A stretch of DNA of 64,000 bases from Bryobacterales bacterium (GTDB lineage Bacteria; Acidobacteriota; Terriglobia; Bryobacterales; UBA6623). A model generated the notes under the pieces. That model had not been told where the DNA came from. It ran no database searches and was given only the letters and a program-made list of their open reading frames with translations. The stretch is taken from contig OY729428.2 of assembly GCA_963422375.2 (NCBI GenBank), forward strand, positions 832,001-896,000, written 5' to 3'. This document shows positions 55,082-64,000 of the stretch, one piece after another. Every line of letters begins with the position of its first letter. The stretch's first letter is position 1. The translations under genes were made by a program, and so were the position numbers.

Positions 55082-55528
55082 ATGCCGTCGCGACGCCGCT
55101 CTCGCGAGAGCGCGCTACAGATGATCTATCAGTGGAACGCCGGCGGCGGCGATCCGGAGAAGGTCGTCGGGGACTTCTACGGCTGTCTCGCCGACGGCAG
55201 CCCCCGTCCGGTCGACCCGTTCGCGGAGCGGCTGTTCCTCGGGGTTGTCCAGCGGTCGGCCGAGCTGGACGCCATCATCAAGCGACACGCCAACAATTGG
55301 TCGCTCGAGCGCATGTCGGTGGTGGTGCGCCAAGTGCTGCGCCTAGCAGTCTCGGAACTCCGGTCGAGGCGGACACCTCCGAGGGTGGTGATCAACGAGG
55401 CGCTGGACATCTCGCGACGCTTCGCGGGGGACGAGCCGTCAGCCTTCGTGAACGGCGTCCTCGAAGCCGCGCGCCGGGAGCTCGACCGCGAGCCAGCCAG
55501 CCAGCCAGCCGGCCAAGGGACGGAGTGA
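55082..55528 (+). CDS. nusB: Transcription antitermination factor NusB
   Basis: RRRSRESALQMIY, NWSLERM, VVINEA, FVNGVL; follows ribH. Confidence 0.94.
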   Translation: MPSRRRSRESALQMIYQWNAGGGDPEKVVGDFYGCLADGSPRPVDPFAERLFLGVVQRSAELDAIIKRHANNWSLERMSVVVRQVLRLAVSELRSRRTPPRVVINEALDISRRFAGDEPSAFVNGVLEAARRELDREPASQPAGQGTE

Positions 55529-55535
55529 GGCCGGG

Positions 55536-55907
55536 CTAGCGCGGGTGGACCACGGCGAATCCGTCGTAATCGACCTTCTTCGCATGGGACGAGAGCTCCG
55601 GCCAAGCCCGCTGGTGCTTGTCGGATGCGACCCACGCCATGCGCTGGTCCTCGGTATCGAAGCCGAGCCGCACGGTGAACTGATAGGTTCCCGGCTTCCG
55701 CATCAGCAAGGCGCTGCGGAAGCCCGCCATGCTGCTGACCGCCGGATAGAACACCTCGGTAAAGGTCCTGGCCAGCGCCTCGGCCCGGCCGGTCTTCGCG
55801 GTCATCCAGATGTGGAGCTCCATCGGGCCGTCAATATCGAAGTCCCGCTGGGCGGTCGCAGGTGCCGCCAGGCAGCAGGCCAGCGCGACCAGCAGAGTCA
55901 GGCGCAT
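55536..55907 (-). CDS. Secreted ABM-like (dimeric alpha-beta barrel) small protein
   Basis: Signal peptide MRLTLL..ATA; MAGFRS..FDTEDQRMAWVASDKH. Confidence 0.6.
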   Translation of the reverse strand: MRLTLLVALACCLAAPATAQRDFDIDGPMELHIWMTAKTGRAEALARTFTEVFYPAVSSMAGFRSALLMRKPGTYQFTVRLGFDTEDQRMAWVASDKHQRAWPELSSHAKKVDYDGFAVVHPR

Positions 55908-55978
55908 CGAATCCCTCCCGTCGCCGCTCGGGACGCTCGCCCCGGGGCTGCGGACATGGTACAACCCCGCCGCCGGGG

Positions 55979-57046
55979 TCACGGTCGGACGACCCGGACC
56001 CGGTGGTTCTCGCTGTCGCCGATGTAGACGTTGCCGGCCCTGTCCACGAAGACGCCGTGCGGCCGCGCGAGACCGCATTGCAGGGGGTTGCCGTCGGGGC
56101 CGTCGCGGCGGGAGCCGTCGCCGGCGACGGTCGAGATCGTTCCGGTCGCAAGGTCGATGCGACGGATCGCGTGGTTTTCGGTATCGGCCAAGTAGGCCGC
56201 CTCCTCCGGGCCGATCTCGATGCCCTTGGGGCCCGCCAAGGTCGCCTCGGCCGCCCGGCCGCCGTCGCCGGAATACCCCTTATCGCCCGTCCCGGCGACA
56301 TGGTGCAGCGTCATCGCCCGCATGTCGAGACGGTACACCGCGTTGCCCTCGCGCAAGGCGACGTACATGTCGCCGTTCGGGGCGAACGCGAGCGCGCGCG
56401 GCCCGTTGAGCGGGGTCCCCGCCACCGGTGCGCCGTCGGGCGTCGGCGCGCGCTCCCCGGTGCCGGCGAACGTTGTCACGATTCCGCTCGACAGGTCGAC
56501 GCGCCGGATACGGTGATTGCCGATGTCGGCGACGTACAGGCCCCCCTTGCCGTCGAGGGCGATCGAGTGCGGGCGGTTGAAGCTCGCCCGGAGAGCGGGC
56601 CCGCCGTCGCCCGAGAAGCCTCTCCCGCCGGTACCGGCGACCGTGGAGATGATCCCGCTGCGCATGTCCACCTTGCGGACGACGGCATTCAGCATCTCGA
56701 CGAAGTACATGCTCCCCTCGGCGTCGAATCGAACCTCGTACGGATCGCTGAGCCTGGCCTCGGTCGCCGGTCCGCCGTCGCCCGCGTAGCCCGCGTAGCC
56801 GGTTCCAGCGACGGTGGAGATCGAGCCGTCGCGCATGTCGATGCGTCGCACCCTGTCCGTGTCGATCTCGCAGACGTAGAGCGCGCCGTCGGGCCCCAGG
56901 ACGAGTCCGTAGGGATTCCCGACGCTCGCGGCGGCCGCCGGGCCGCCGTCGCCGGTGGCGCCGGACTCGCCCGTGCCGGCCAGTGTCTCGATCGTCGCCG
57001 CGGCGAGGCCTGGCACCGCCAGGAGGAAAGCAAGGATCAGGGGCAT
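55979..57046 (-). CDS. Secreted NHL-repeat beta-propeller protein
   Basis: Six repeats of T.AGTG..G..GDGGPA..A....P..LY.AD..NHRIR. Confidence 0.92.
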   Translation of the reverse strand: MPLILAFLLAVPGLAAATIETLAGTGESGATGDGGPAAAASVGNPYGLVLGPDGALYVCEIDTDRVRRIDMRDGSISTVAGTGYAGYAGDGGPATEARLSDPYEVRFDAEGSMYFVEMLNAVVRKVDMRSGIISTVAGTGGRGFSGDGGPALRASFNRPHSIALDGKGGLYVADIGNHRIRRVDLSSGIVTTFAGTGERAPTPDGAPVAGTPLNGPRALAFAPNGDMYVALREGNAVYRLDMRAMTLHHVAGTGDKGYSGDGGRAAEATLAGPKGIEIGPEEAAYLADTENHAIRRIDLATGTISTVAGDGSRRDGPDGNPLQCGLARPHGVFVDRAGNVYIGDSENHRVRVVRP

Positions 57047-57152
57047 GCGGCCAGCGTATCGCAAACCGCCGAGGGGCGGCGCCCGCGGCCTTGCCGGGCG
57101 CGAGCCTCGAGGATGCGTTCGAAGCGACACGCCGACCCTGTAGACTGGCAGC

Positions 57153-58526
57153 ATGCGGACCGCCAGGCTGCGCCGACGCGACTTCCTCTCGGCCGGCGGC
57201 GGGATCTTCGGAGCCGCATGCCTGCAGGCGCTCGCCTGCCGAACCGCACGGGAGAGGGAGCGCGTCGGTTCGGACGCCGGACAGGGCGCCCTGCACGAAG
57301 GCTACGGGCCCCTCCAGCCCGTCCGCGACGAGACGACCGGCCTTGCCCTGCTGGACCTGCCGCGGGGGTTCCGCTATCTGTCGTTCGGCTGGACTGGCGA
57401 CCGGCTGGGCGACGGGCGACCGACGCCCGGAGCGCACGACGGCATGGCTGCGTTCGAGGCTGGCCCGGGCACCGTCCGGCTCGTCCGCAATCACGAGATG
57501 CGCGAGGGGACGGCCTTCGCCGACGATCCGGTCTTCGATCCAAACGGGGGCGGCGGCACTACCACGGTCGAGTTCGACGTGGATTCCGGACGGGCAGCCG
57601 AGGCCTGGCCCAGCCTAGCGGGGACGGCCGTCAATTGCGCCGGCGGGCCGACGCCGTGGGGTTCCTGGCTGTCCTGCGAGGAGACGGTGGACGGCCCGGG
57701 CGGCGACAACTCCTACCGCGAGCCCCACGGCTACGTGTTCGAAGTGCCCTCGGACGGCACCGCGACCGCGGAGCCCTACCGGGCGATGGGGCGGTTCGTT
57801 CACGAGGCGGTCGCGATCGACCCCGGCACGGGAATCGTGTACGAAACCGAGGACCGGCCTGCTTCCGGGCTGTACCGCTTCCTGCCCGAGGAGCCCGGGC
57901 GGCTCGCTGCCGGGGGCCGGCTCGAAATGCTGGTCCTCGCGGAACGGCCGGGGGCCGACACGAGAACGGGCCAGACGCTGGGAGCCTGGGATCCGATTGG
58001 TTGGGTTCCGATCGACGATCCCGACCCGGCCAAGATCGCCAAGGACAGCGTGTACCAGCAGGGCGTCCGGCTCGGCGGGGCCACCTTCGGGCGCCTCGAA
58101 GGAATCTGGTACGGGAACGACCGCGTCTACGTCGTCTCGACCAATGGCGGCGACGCCGCAGCCGGCCAAGTCTGGGAGCTCCACCCCGCGGAGGAGCGCC
58201 TGCGCCTACTGTTCGAGTCCCCGGACCGGAGCGTTCTCGACATGCCGGACAACGTATGCGTCAGCCCCCGCGGCGGGCTCGTGCTGTGCGAGGACGGCGA
58301 CAGCGAGAACTATGTCCGCGGCCTCACCGTCGACGGAGCGATCTTCCCGTTCGCCAAGAACGCCGTGGTGCTGGCGGGCGAGCGGAACGGGCTGGCGGGC
58401 GACTTCCGCGACCGAGAGTTCGCCGGCGCGACGTTCAGCCCGGACGGTCGCTGGCTCTTCTTCAATGCCCAGGTGCCGGGCATCACCTTCGCCGTGACCG
58501 GGCCTTGGCAGGCCGGCCTGGTCTGA
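57153..58526 (+). CDS. PhoX/DUF839-family alkaline phosphatase, Tat-exported
   Basis: RRRDFL, HDGM, LVRNHE, NCAGG.TPWGSWLSCEE, MGRF.HEA, RLEG, PDN, CEDG, EFAGATFSPDG. Confidence 0.9.
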   Translation: MRTARLRRRDFLSAGGGIFGAACLQALACRTARERERVGSDAGQGALHEGYGPLQPVRDETTGLALLDLPRGFRYLSFGWTGDRLGDGRPTPGAHDGMAAFEAGPGTVRLVRNHEMREGTAFADDPVFDPNGGGGTTTVEFDVDSGRAAEAWPSLAGTAVNCAGGPTPWGSWLSCEETVDGPGGDNSYREPHGYVFEVPSDGTATAEPYRAMGRFVHEAVAIDPGTGIVYETEDRPASGLYRFLPEEPGRLAAGGRLEMLVLAERPGADTRTGQTLGAWDPIGWVPIDDPDPAKIAKDSVYQQGVRLGGATFGRLEGIWYGNDRVYVVSTNGGDAAAGQVWELHPAEERLRLLFESPDRSVLDMPDNVCVSPRGGLVLCEDGDSENYVRGLTVDGAIFPFAKNAVVLAGERNGLAGDFRDREFAGATFSPDGRWLFFNAQVPGITFAVTGPWQAGLV

Positions 58527-58570
58527 GGCTCCGCGATCAGGCCCGTCGAACCGCCGCGTCCGGGGCGCGC

Positions 58571-59455
58571 CTACGCGGCCGCCTCGGCCGCCGGCACGGG
58601 CATCTCGGGCGACTCCAAGGCATCGAGGCTTGGGGCGTAGACCCCCTTGGCGATGCCGAGCTTCTCGAGGAAGCGGATCTGGATGTAGCTGAGATCGAGC
58701 TCGTACCAAGCCATGCCGTGGCGCGCGGAAACCGGGTGAGCGTGATGGTTGTTGTGCCAGCCTTCCCCGAACGTGATCAGCGCGACCCACCACAGGTTCC
58801 GCGAATCGTCCTTGGTCCGGAATCGCCGGCTCCCCCACATGTGCGTGGCCGAGTTCACCAGCCACGTGGTGTGCAGCCCGACGACCACTCGCAGCGGCAC
58901 GACCCAGAGCATCGTGCCGATGCCTCCGAGCGCCCAGGCCGCGATCCCGAGCACGGTCAGGGGCACCCAGTGCCACTCGCTGAGCAAGCGGTAGAAGCGG
59001 TCCTTCAGGAGGTCCGGGGCGTAGCGCCCGGTCAGCTCCGTATCGTTATGCAGGCTCTTGCCGAAGATGATCCATCCGACGTGCGCCCAGAAGCCGCCGT
59101 GGCGGGGAGTGTGCGGGTCCCGGTCCGTGTCGGAGTGCTGGTGGTGGCAGCGGTGCGCCGCCACCCAGTAGATCGGGCCGCCCTCGAGCGCGAGCGTGCC
59201 GCACAGCGCCAGGAAGTACTCGATCCACTTCGGCACGCGATAGCCGCGATGGGTGTGCAGCCGGTGGTAGCCCATGCCGATGCCCCAGCTGACGGCCATC
59301 CAGTAAATCGCGACGGTGACGATCAGGTTCTCCCAAGTGAAGAAGAACGGCGCCGCCAGGGCCCCTACGTGGAACAGCGCCAGAACGGTGAACGTCAGCA
59401 GATTCAGCTGGGTCCTGTCGCCGAAGTCCATGGAGGTTGCTCTGGTGTCGCTCAC
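58571..59455 (-). CDS. Delta-9-type fatty acyl desaturase
   Basis: His boxes HRLHTH, HRCHH, GEGWHNNHH; DPHTP; WLVNS. Confidence 0.93.
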   Translation of the reverse strand: MSDTRATSMDFGDRTQLNLLTFTVLALFHVGALAAPFFFTWENLIVTVAIYWMAVSWGIGMGYHRLHTHRGYRVPKWIEYFLALCGTLALEGGPIYWVAAHRCHHQHSDTDRDPHTPRHGGFWAHVGWIIFGKSLHNDTELTGRYAPDLLKDRFYRLLSEWHWVPLTVLGIAAWALGGIGTMLWVVPLRVVVGLHTTWLVNSATHMWGSRRFRTKDDSRNLWWVALITFGEGWHNNHHAHPVSARHGMAWYELDLSYIQIRFLEKLGIAKGVYAPSLDALESPEMPVPAAEAAA

Positions 59456-59619
59456 GTGCGTGCGCCGTCCGATTCGTTTGGGGTCTAGGCTTGCGGCCGG
59501 ACAGTGCCTTCCGGCTGCCAAGCCTCGGAAAAACTCAACTTACCAGCCGGGCGGGGGTGCCGGGGGCTGCCCAATGTAATAGTTGAGTAATTGTCCGCGG
59601 CGCCCGCCGGGACGGGATG

Positions 59620-61800
59620 TCAGCGGACCAGCGACTTGGCGAGAGCGGTGTTGCCGGCCCTGTCGCGGACCCGCAGTACGACGAGGTGCTCGCCCTCCTC
59701 GAGATCGCCCGGGCTCAGGGTGAAATCCTCGCGTCGCGCGTCGTGAATGCCGTCGTCCGGCAGGACGGGCCGCCACTCGCCGGCATTCACGGAGAATTCG
59801 GCGGAGCGGATTTCGGAGGCCGCGTCCTCGGCCGCGAAGCGCAGCTCGCCACCCTCCGCTCGCGGCAGGACCCTGAGGGCCGGGGGCGTACGGTCCACCA
59901 AGACCGGTCGACTGACCCGCTCGGCGCTGAGCGCGCGGCCCGCGGGATTCACCTTGCCGTCGTCGACGCGCACGCGGAATTCGTAGCGCCCGTCGGCCAG
60001 TGAGTCGCTGTCGATGGAGAATCGCGGCCCGGGCAACTCGTCCCGCACCTTCTTCCACTCGGTCTCGCCCTCGCCGCGAAACGACACCTCGGCGCGCAGT
60101 TCGTCGCCGTCGGGGTCTTCCGCGCCCCATACGATGGCCAGCTTGCGCACCGCGGAGCTCGCGGCGGACTGGCCGCCGGCCTGCTGCGGGGGGCTGGACG
60201 AGCCGGAGGCCGACACGGTGATGCTGTAGCTGCTGGTGCTGTCGGCGGTCTTGGCAGCCGAGCTCGTAGAGGCCTTGGCGGCTTCCGGCACCACGTTCAC
60301 CGAGCGCACCACCGGCGCGCTGTTCTGCGGCAGGTAGTGAACGCGCACGGAATCGAGGCGGGCAGGGCCCCGCAAGGTCGCGCGCCATTGCAGGAAGCGG
60401 GCCGCCGGGGATGTCACCGGAGACCCGGCGCTGTCGGGCAAGGCCTCGGACCAAGCGCTCCAGCTCGAGTCGGGCCGGTACGTGTTCCCGCTGCGCGTGA
60501 CGATTTCTGTAGTCGCTCCGTCGCGGACGCGCCACGAGAGGCGCCCCCACTGCGAGATGCCGCCGGTGTCGCGCGGAGCTGTCTCGTAGACTCCGAGCGC
60601 GGCGGGAGCGGGACCCAGCCTCTGCAGGGTGCCGCCGTGGGCCGAGCCGACCAGGACGCCTTCCGGCGACCGCAGCAGGGCGGTCATCTGGGCCCTGCCG
60701 GTCTGGGAGAGAAGGCTCAGGTTGCGGTCGGCGCCGGTCCTGTAGATCCGGCCCTCGCGGTCCGTGGCGACCAGAACCCTGGCCGGCGGCCCTCCCTCCA
60801 GCGCCAGCCCGAGGATGTTCTCTTCCGACGACGACCAGAGCTTGTCGACGGCCTGCCCGTCCAGGAAACGCATCAGGGCGGCGCGCTCGCCGCTGTACAC
60901 GACCTGCGTCTGGGAGTAGGAAACCCCGGAAGCGACCTGGGCGGTCCCGACCTGCACGGCGGCATTGGAAGCGGCGGGCGCGGCCTGCGCCTGGACGCCC
61001 GCCTGCTGGCTCGGAATCGCCTGCAGCAGCCGGTCCATGCCGCCTCCCATCGCGGCGAAGTAGACCGCGCCGTCCGCGTCCGTCACGACCGACCGGACCT
61101 CGGGCAAGTCCGAGTCGTAGAGCGCGAAGGCCGTGCCGTCGTCTTCCAGCCTGAACAGAATTCCGTTGGGATCCGTGCCCGCCAGCACCTTCCCTGCGGC
61201 GTCGAGCGCCAGGCTGATCACGTGCCGCTGGCCGGACTCGAACCAAGTCTCCCCGCGGCCGTCGGGCGTGACGCGGTAGACCTTGCCGGAGCCTCCGGTG
61301 CCGACGACAAGCCGCCCCTCACCGTCGAACGCCAAGGACCAGATGTAGTCCTGTCCCGGATCGAAGAACTCGGTCGCGGCACCGTCGACGGTAATCCGGT
61401 ACACCCTCCCTTTCGGGGAAGTGCCTGCGTAGAGATGCCCGTCAGGGCCGACCGCCAGCGCGAAGACCTCGATTTCGGGGGCCTTCCAGAGCAGCCCGCC
61501 GGACCCATCCGGGGGCACGCGGAACACCGCTCCCTGGTGGCCGGTGCCGTAGTAGACCGTGCCGTCCGCGCCGCGCGCAATCGACCAGACGACGGCTTGG
61601 TCGGACGCATGGACCTCGTCGAGGGCCGGCGCGACGTGCAGGAATCCCTCGCGGTCCACGCCGACGTTCTCGAACGTGCCGGCGAGGAAGTCTCCGTAGC
61701 TCGAGAGCTCCCAGCTCTTGGTGCCTCCCGCGGTGGCCAATGCCGGCTGCAGCGCGGCCGCGAGCAGGACCGCGTAGCGTCGCGCAAGCAAGCCGATCAG
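59620..61800 (-). CDS. Secreted beta-propeller + Ig/FN3-like protein
   Basis: Repeated GT...G.VYR/LA...DG blades, RSGNT..PD.SWSAWS, VDRTPP, RV.DRAGN; start approximate, coupled to the S55 stop. Confidence 0.75.
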   Translation of the reverse strand: MIGLLARRYAVLLAAALQPALATAGGTKSWELSSYGDFLAGTFENVGVDREGFLHVAPALDEVHASDQAVVWSIARGADGTVYYGTGHQGAVFRVPPDGSGGLLWKAPEIEVFALAVGPDGHLYAGTSPKGRVYRITVDGAATEFFDPGQDYIWSLAFDGEGRLVVGTGGSGKVYRVTPDGRGETWFESGQRHVISLALDAAGKVLAGTDPNGILFRLEDDGTAFALYDSDLPEVRSVVTDADGAVYFAAMGGGMDRLLQAIPSQQAGVQAQAAPAASNAAVQVGTAQVASGVSYSQTQVVYSGERAALMRFLDGQAVDKLWSSSEENILGLALEGGPPARVLVATDREGRIYRTGADRNLSLLSQTGRAQMTALLRSPEGVLVGSAHGGTLQRLGPAPAALGVYETAPRDTGGISQWGRLSWRVRDGATTEIVTRSGNTYRPDSSWSAWSEALPDSAGSPVTSPAARFLQWRATLRGPARLDSVRVHYLPQNSAPVVRSVNVVPEAAKASTSSAAKTADSTSSYSITVSASGSSSPPQQAGGQSAASSAVRKLAIVWGAEDPDGDELRAEVSFRGEGETEWKKVRDELPGPRFSIDSDSLADGRYEFRVRVDDGKVNPAGRALSAERVSRPVLVDRTPPALRVLPRAEGGELRFAAEDAASEIRSAEFSVNAGEWRPVLPDDGIHDARREDFTLSPGDLEEGEHLVVLRVRDRAGNTALAKSLVR

Positions 61801-63644
61801 CTCCCGGTCACCACGAAGCGGAGGGACAGGCTCCCTCGAACGACGCCTCGGAAGCCGTCGACCGTCCGGTTGTCCACGGTGGTCGACAGGCTGGCGAGGG
61901 CACCGGCGCCACGCCCCGCGGGCGTCGAGAGGACGGCGTGCAGCGACGCCGGCGGATCGGGCAGCCTGTCCGAGAGCATCCACAGCGAGCGCTTGCGCCG
62001 CCAGATGCGCACGTAGGCCCGGTCGCTGCCGCGAAGGCCGTTCAGGAAGCGGATCGTCGCGGCGGCGTCCAGCACCTTGCGGCCTGCGAGCAGGCCGCGC
62101 CACTGCTGGAGATTGGCGGTAAAGGCGTCGCCGACCGTCACTTCCACCGGTCCCGCCGGCATCGAGACCGGGACGGCGTAGGGCAGAGAATGCGTCCGCT
62201 CGGTCCCGTCGGGCCCTTTGGCCACGAAGCGGATTTCGACAGTCTCCCCCGGCCGCACCTGCGTCTTGGAGAGCCAGGCCCTCACCAGATCCGTATAGGC
62301 GTCGGCGGGGTCCGTCGCCACCTCGAGGTCGAGCGAGTCGACTTCGACGCCGGCGTGACGGGTCTGCAGCAGGTACGAGAGAGGCGCCGCGCTGGACAGG
62401 GCGGCCGCTTGGGCGACGCCGGCCGTTCCGGTATAGATGTCGTCCAGCACCAAGCGCGGCAGCCCGTTCCTGAATTCAGTCCCGCCGCGGACCCGCACGG
62501 TGAGCGGCCCCAGCGAGCGGTCGGCGACGCTGACTGCGGAGAACAGCGCCAGCTGCAGCAGGAAGGGCGTGAGCTGGGCGTCTCGCACTAGGTCCATCGA
62601 GTAGTCGGCCGAGGTGCCGTCGGACCGCCGCACGCGGATGGAGCAGGGCACCATGTCCGGACCTGGCCCGAGCGCGCCCGCGATTCCCGCTTCGCGGTCG
62701 AGCGAGATAGTTCCGATCACGGGGCCCGTGCCGCTGAGCTTGAAGGACGCGTTCAGGTTCGGGACCAGCGTCATGACCGACGCGCGCATCATCGGCATCT
62801 CGGTATTGCCGCTCGACAGGAAGCGGTGCCCGAACGCGAAGACCCGCTCGCCGTCTACGTGCGTCACGGTTCCCGACGCCGTGAACGTCATGTCTCCGAG
62901 CATCAGCCCCACGCCGATCATGGAACCCGGCTCGAGCGCGTCGCCGGAGTCGGACCTCAGGTTGCCTCCCGAGCCTTGCAGCGGGCGCAGCCCCAGCCGC
63001 TCGAAGGCGTCGGCATAGACATCGAGGGCCCTCTCGGGAAACCCGCCCAGGGAGACGGGGGTAGCGATGGGCCGGAACCGCCCGGTCGGCCCGCTTGGGC
63101 GGTCGACCGCCTCCCGCGGGATCCCCACCAGATCGCGCCATGCGTCCAAGGTGCCCGCCGACGGGCCGGGGGCCCGCGCACGAGTCTCGAATCCCGCGAC
63201 CATCTCGCCGATCGGCCGGATGCCCGCCAGCGGTTCCGTGGAGAAGGGGTACATGAACGCCACCGCGCCGGCCAAGCGTCCGTCGATGTAGACCGGGCTC
63301 CCGCTCATGCCCGACATCACGCCGGTGCGCTCGAGCGGGCCGCCCGAGAACCGTCCCATGATGATCGAGGACTTCGGACCTGCGTAGTTCTCGAGGACTC
63401 CCAGAATCTCGACATCGAATTCCTCGACCGCACTGCCGGAGAACACGGTACGGCCCATGGCCTGCAGCCCCGGACGAATCTCCTCGAGCGGAAAGAAGCC
63501 CTGACCTTGGAGAGCGCCGGAAAGCAGGGCCAATAGCGCTATGTACCGCAACAAGGCCCATTCTAGCCGCCCGCTCGGCCCCAGCCCCGTACGCGCCCGG
63601 ACTGGACGGGCGCTGCGAGCCGGGACCGGACTTGTCGATTTCAT
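61797..63644 (-). CDS. SpoIVB peptidase S55 domain protein
   Basis: GRTVFSG, EILGVL, GVMSGMSGSPVYIDGRLAGAVA, GTVT, AFGH; start uncertain. Confidence 0.9.
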   Translation of the reverse strand: MKSTSPVPARSARPVRARTGLGPSGRLEWALLRYIALLALLSGALQGQGFFPLEEIRPGLQAMGRTVFSGSAVEEFDVEILGVLENYAGPKSSIIMGRFSGGPLERTGVMSGMSGSPVYIDGRLAGAVAFMYPFSTEPLAGIRPIGEMVAGFETRARAPGPSAGTLDAWRDLVGIPREAVDRPSGPTGRFRPIATPVSLGGFPERALDVYADAFERLGLRPLQGSGGNLRSDSGDALEPGSMIGVGLMLGDMTFTASGTVTHVDGERVFAFGHRFLSSGNTEMPMMRASVMTLVPNLNASFKLSGTGPVIGTISLDREAGIAGALGPGPDMVPCSIRVRRSDGTSADYSMDLVRDAQLTPFLLQLALFSAVSVADRSLGPLTVRVRGGTEFRNGLPRLVLDDIYTGTAGVAQAAALSSAAPLSYLLQTRHAGVEVDSLDLEVATDPADAYTDLVRAWLSKTQVRPGETVEIRFVAKGPDGTERTHSLPYAVPVSMPAGPVEVTVGDAFTANLQQWRGLLAGRKVLDAAATIRFLNGLRGSDRAYVRIWRRKRSLWMLSDRLPDPPASLHAVLSTPAGRGAGALASLSTTVDNRTVDGFRGVVRGSLSLRFVVTGS

Positions 63645-64000
63645 CGCACCGGACGTGGTCCGGTCGTCGCCTCGGTACGCGCTCGAAAGCCCCCTCGCTG
63701 CCGGTGTGTCGGGCGCTCCGTCCATTGGCCGTCGTGGGTTGCGCCCGGTCGAAGGCTAGCCGCCGAGGCCGAGCTCACGAGATGCCCGGGCAATTGAATT
63801 CGATCCGGTCGAGGACCGGCACCCCGCGGGCAAGCGGAGCGGCCGGACTCGCGACCTCGGCGAATGCTTCGGGAGCGCGGTCCTGTCTGACTGAGCCGCG
63901 GAACGCTCTCGAAGTCACACGGGGCGACCTAGCACGGGCCCCGAGGCAATCGTCTCCCCGCGGACCGGGCAATTCTCGAGAAGTCAGCCTCCAGTTCCCG

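Noticed and set aside
55491..55512. (CCAG)n microsatellite at the end of nusB as a phase-variation tract
   Set aside because: Only about 4-5 units, located in the non-conserved tail after the NusB domain.
55862..59488. 1208-aa plus-strand ORF and other long shadow ORFs (22280-24862, 35730-37601, 53055-55004, 60337-62016)
   Set aside because: Antisense or off-frame to well-supported genes; Arg/Pro/Gly-rich products typical of high-GC DNA.

Overview
GC-rich bacterial chromosome segment. The gene content (carboxypeptidase-regulatory-like TonB receptor, PilC/PilB/PilMNO cluster with a G|Y prepilin-like gene, SpoIVB-S55 plus beta-propeller pair, fused 2-oxoacid E1) points to Acidobacteriota, probably Bryobacterales-like. 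The many pseudogenes suggest a host-associated symbiont; both assignments are inference. Intact blocks (icd; lepB-manC; LytTR-TonB receptor; T4P/T2SS; RND triplet; E1; DUF1697 to nusB; NHL, PhoX, desaturase, S55) alternate with three decayed accessory regions: about 1.4-4.7 kb (AAA ATPase/DUF3226, SLATT-like), 18.9-27.6 kb (Toprim remnant, M48 peptidase, group II intron, two MmeI-like RM copies) and 38.3-51.2 kb (IS1380, ISNCY, nested IS630s, multiheme cytochromes). Highlights missed by the ORF track: (1) an exported selenoprotein (W-U-P-F-C, SECIS-like hairpin) fusing an AhpC/TSA domain to a DsbD-alpha domain; (2) a Type IIL RM gene followed by a headless copy with a different target-recognition region and a 33-bp templated inverted insertion; (3) a decayed group II intron sitting at an IS1380-type end; (4) a 2-TM protein with an internal SD/ATG and an RpnS-like C-terminus; (5) a window-wide CCWGG to CCTAG/CTAGG/CCAAG/CTTGG signature. 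No rRNA, tRNA or CRISPR array was seen. Family assignments are from motif recognition only, with no database search.
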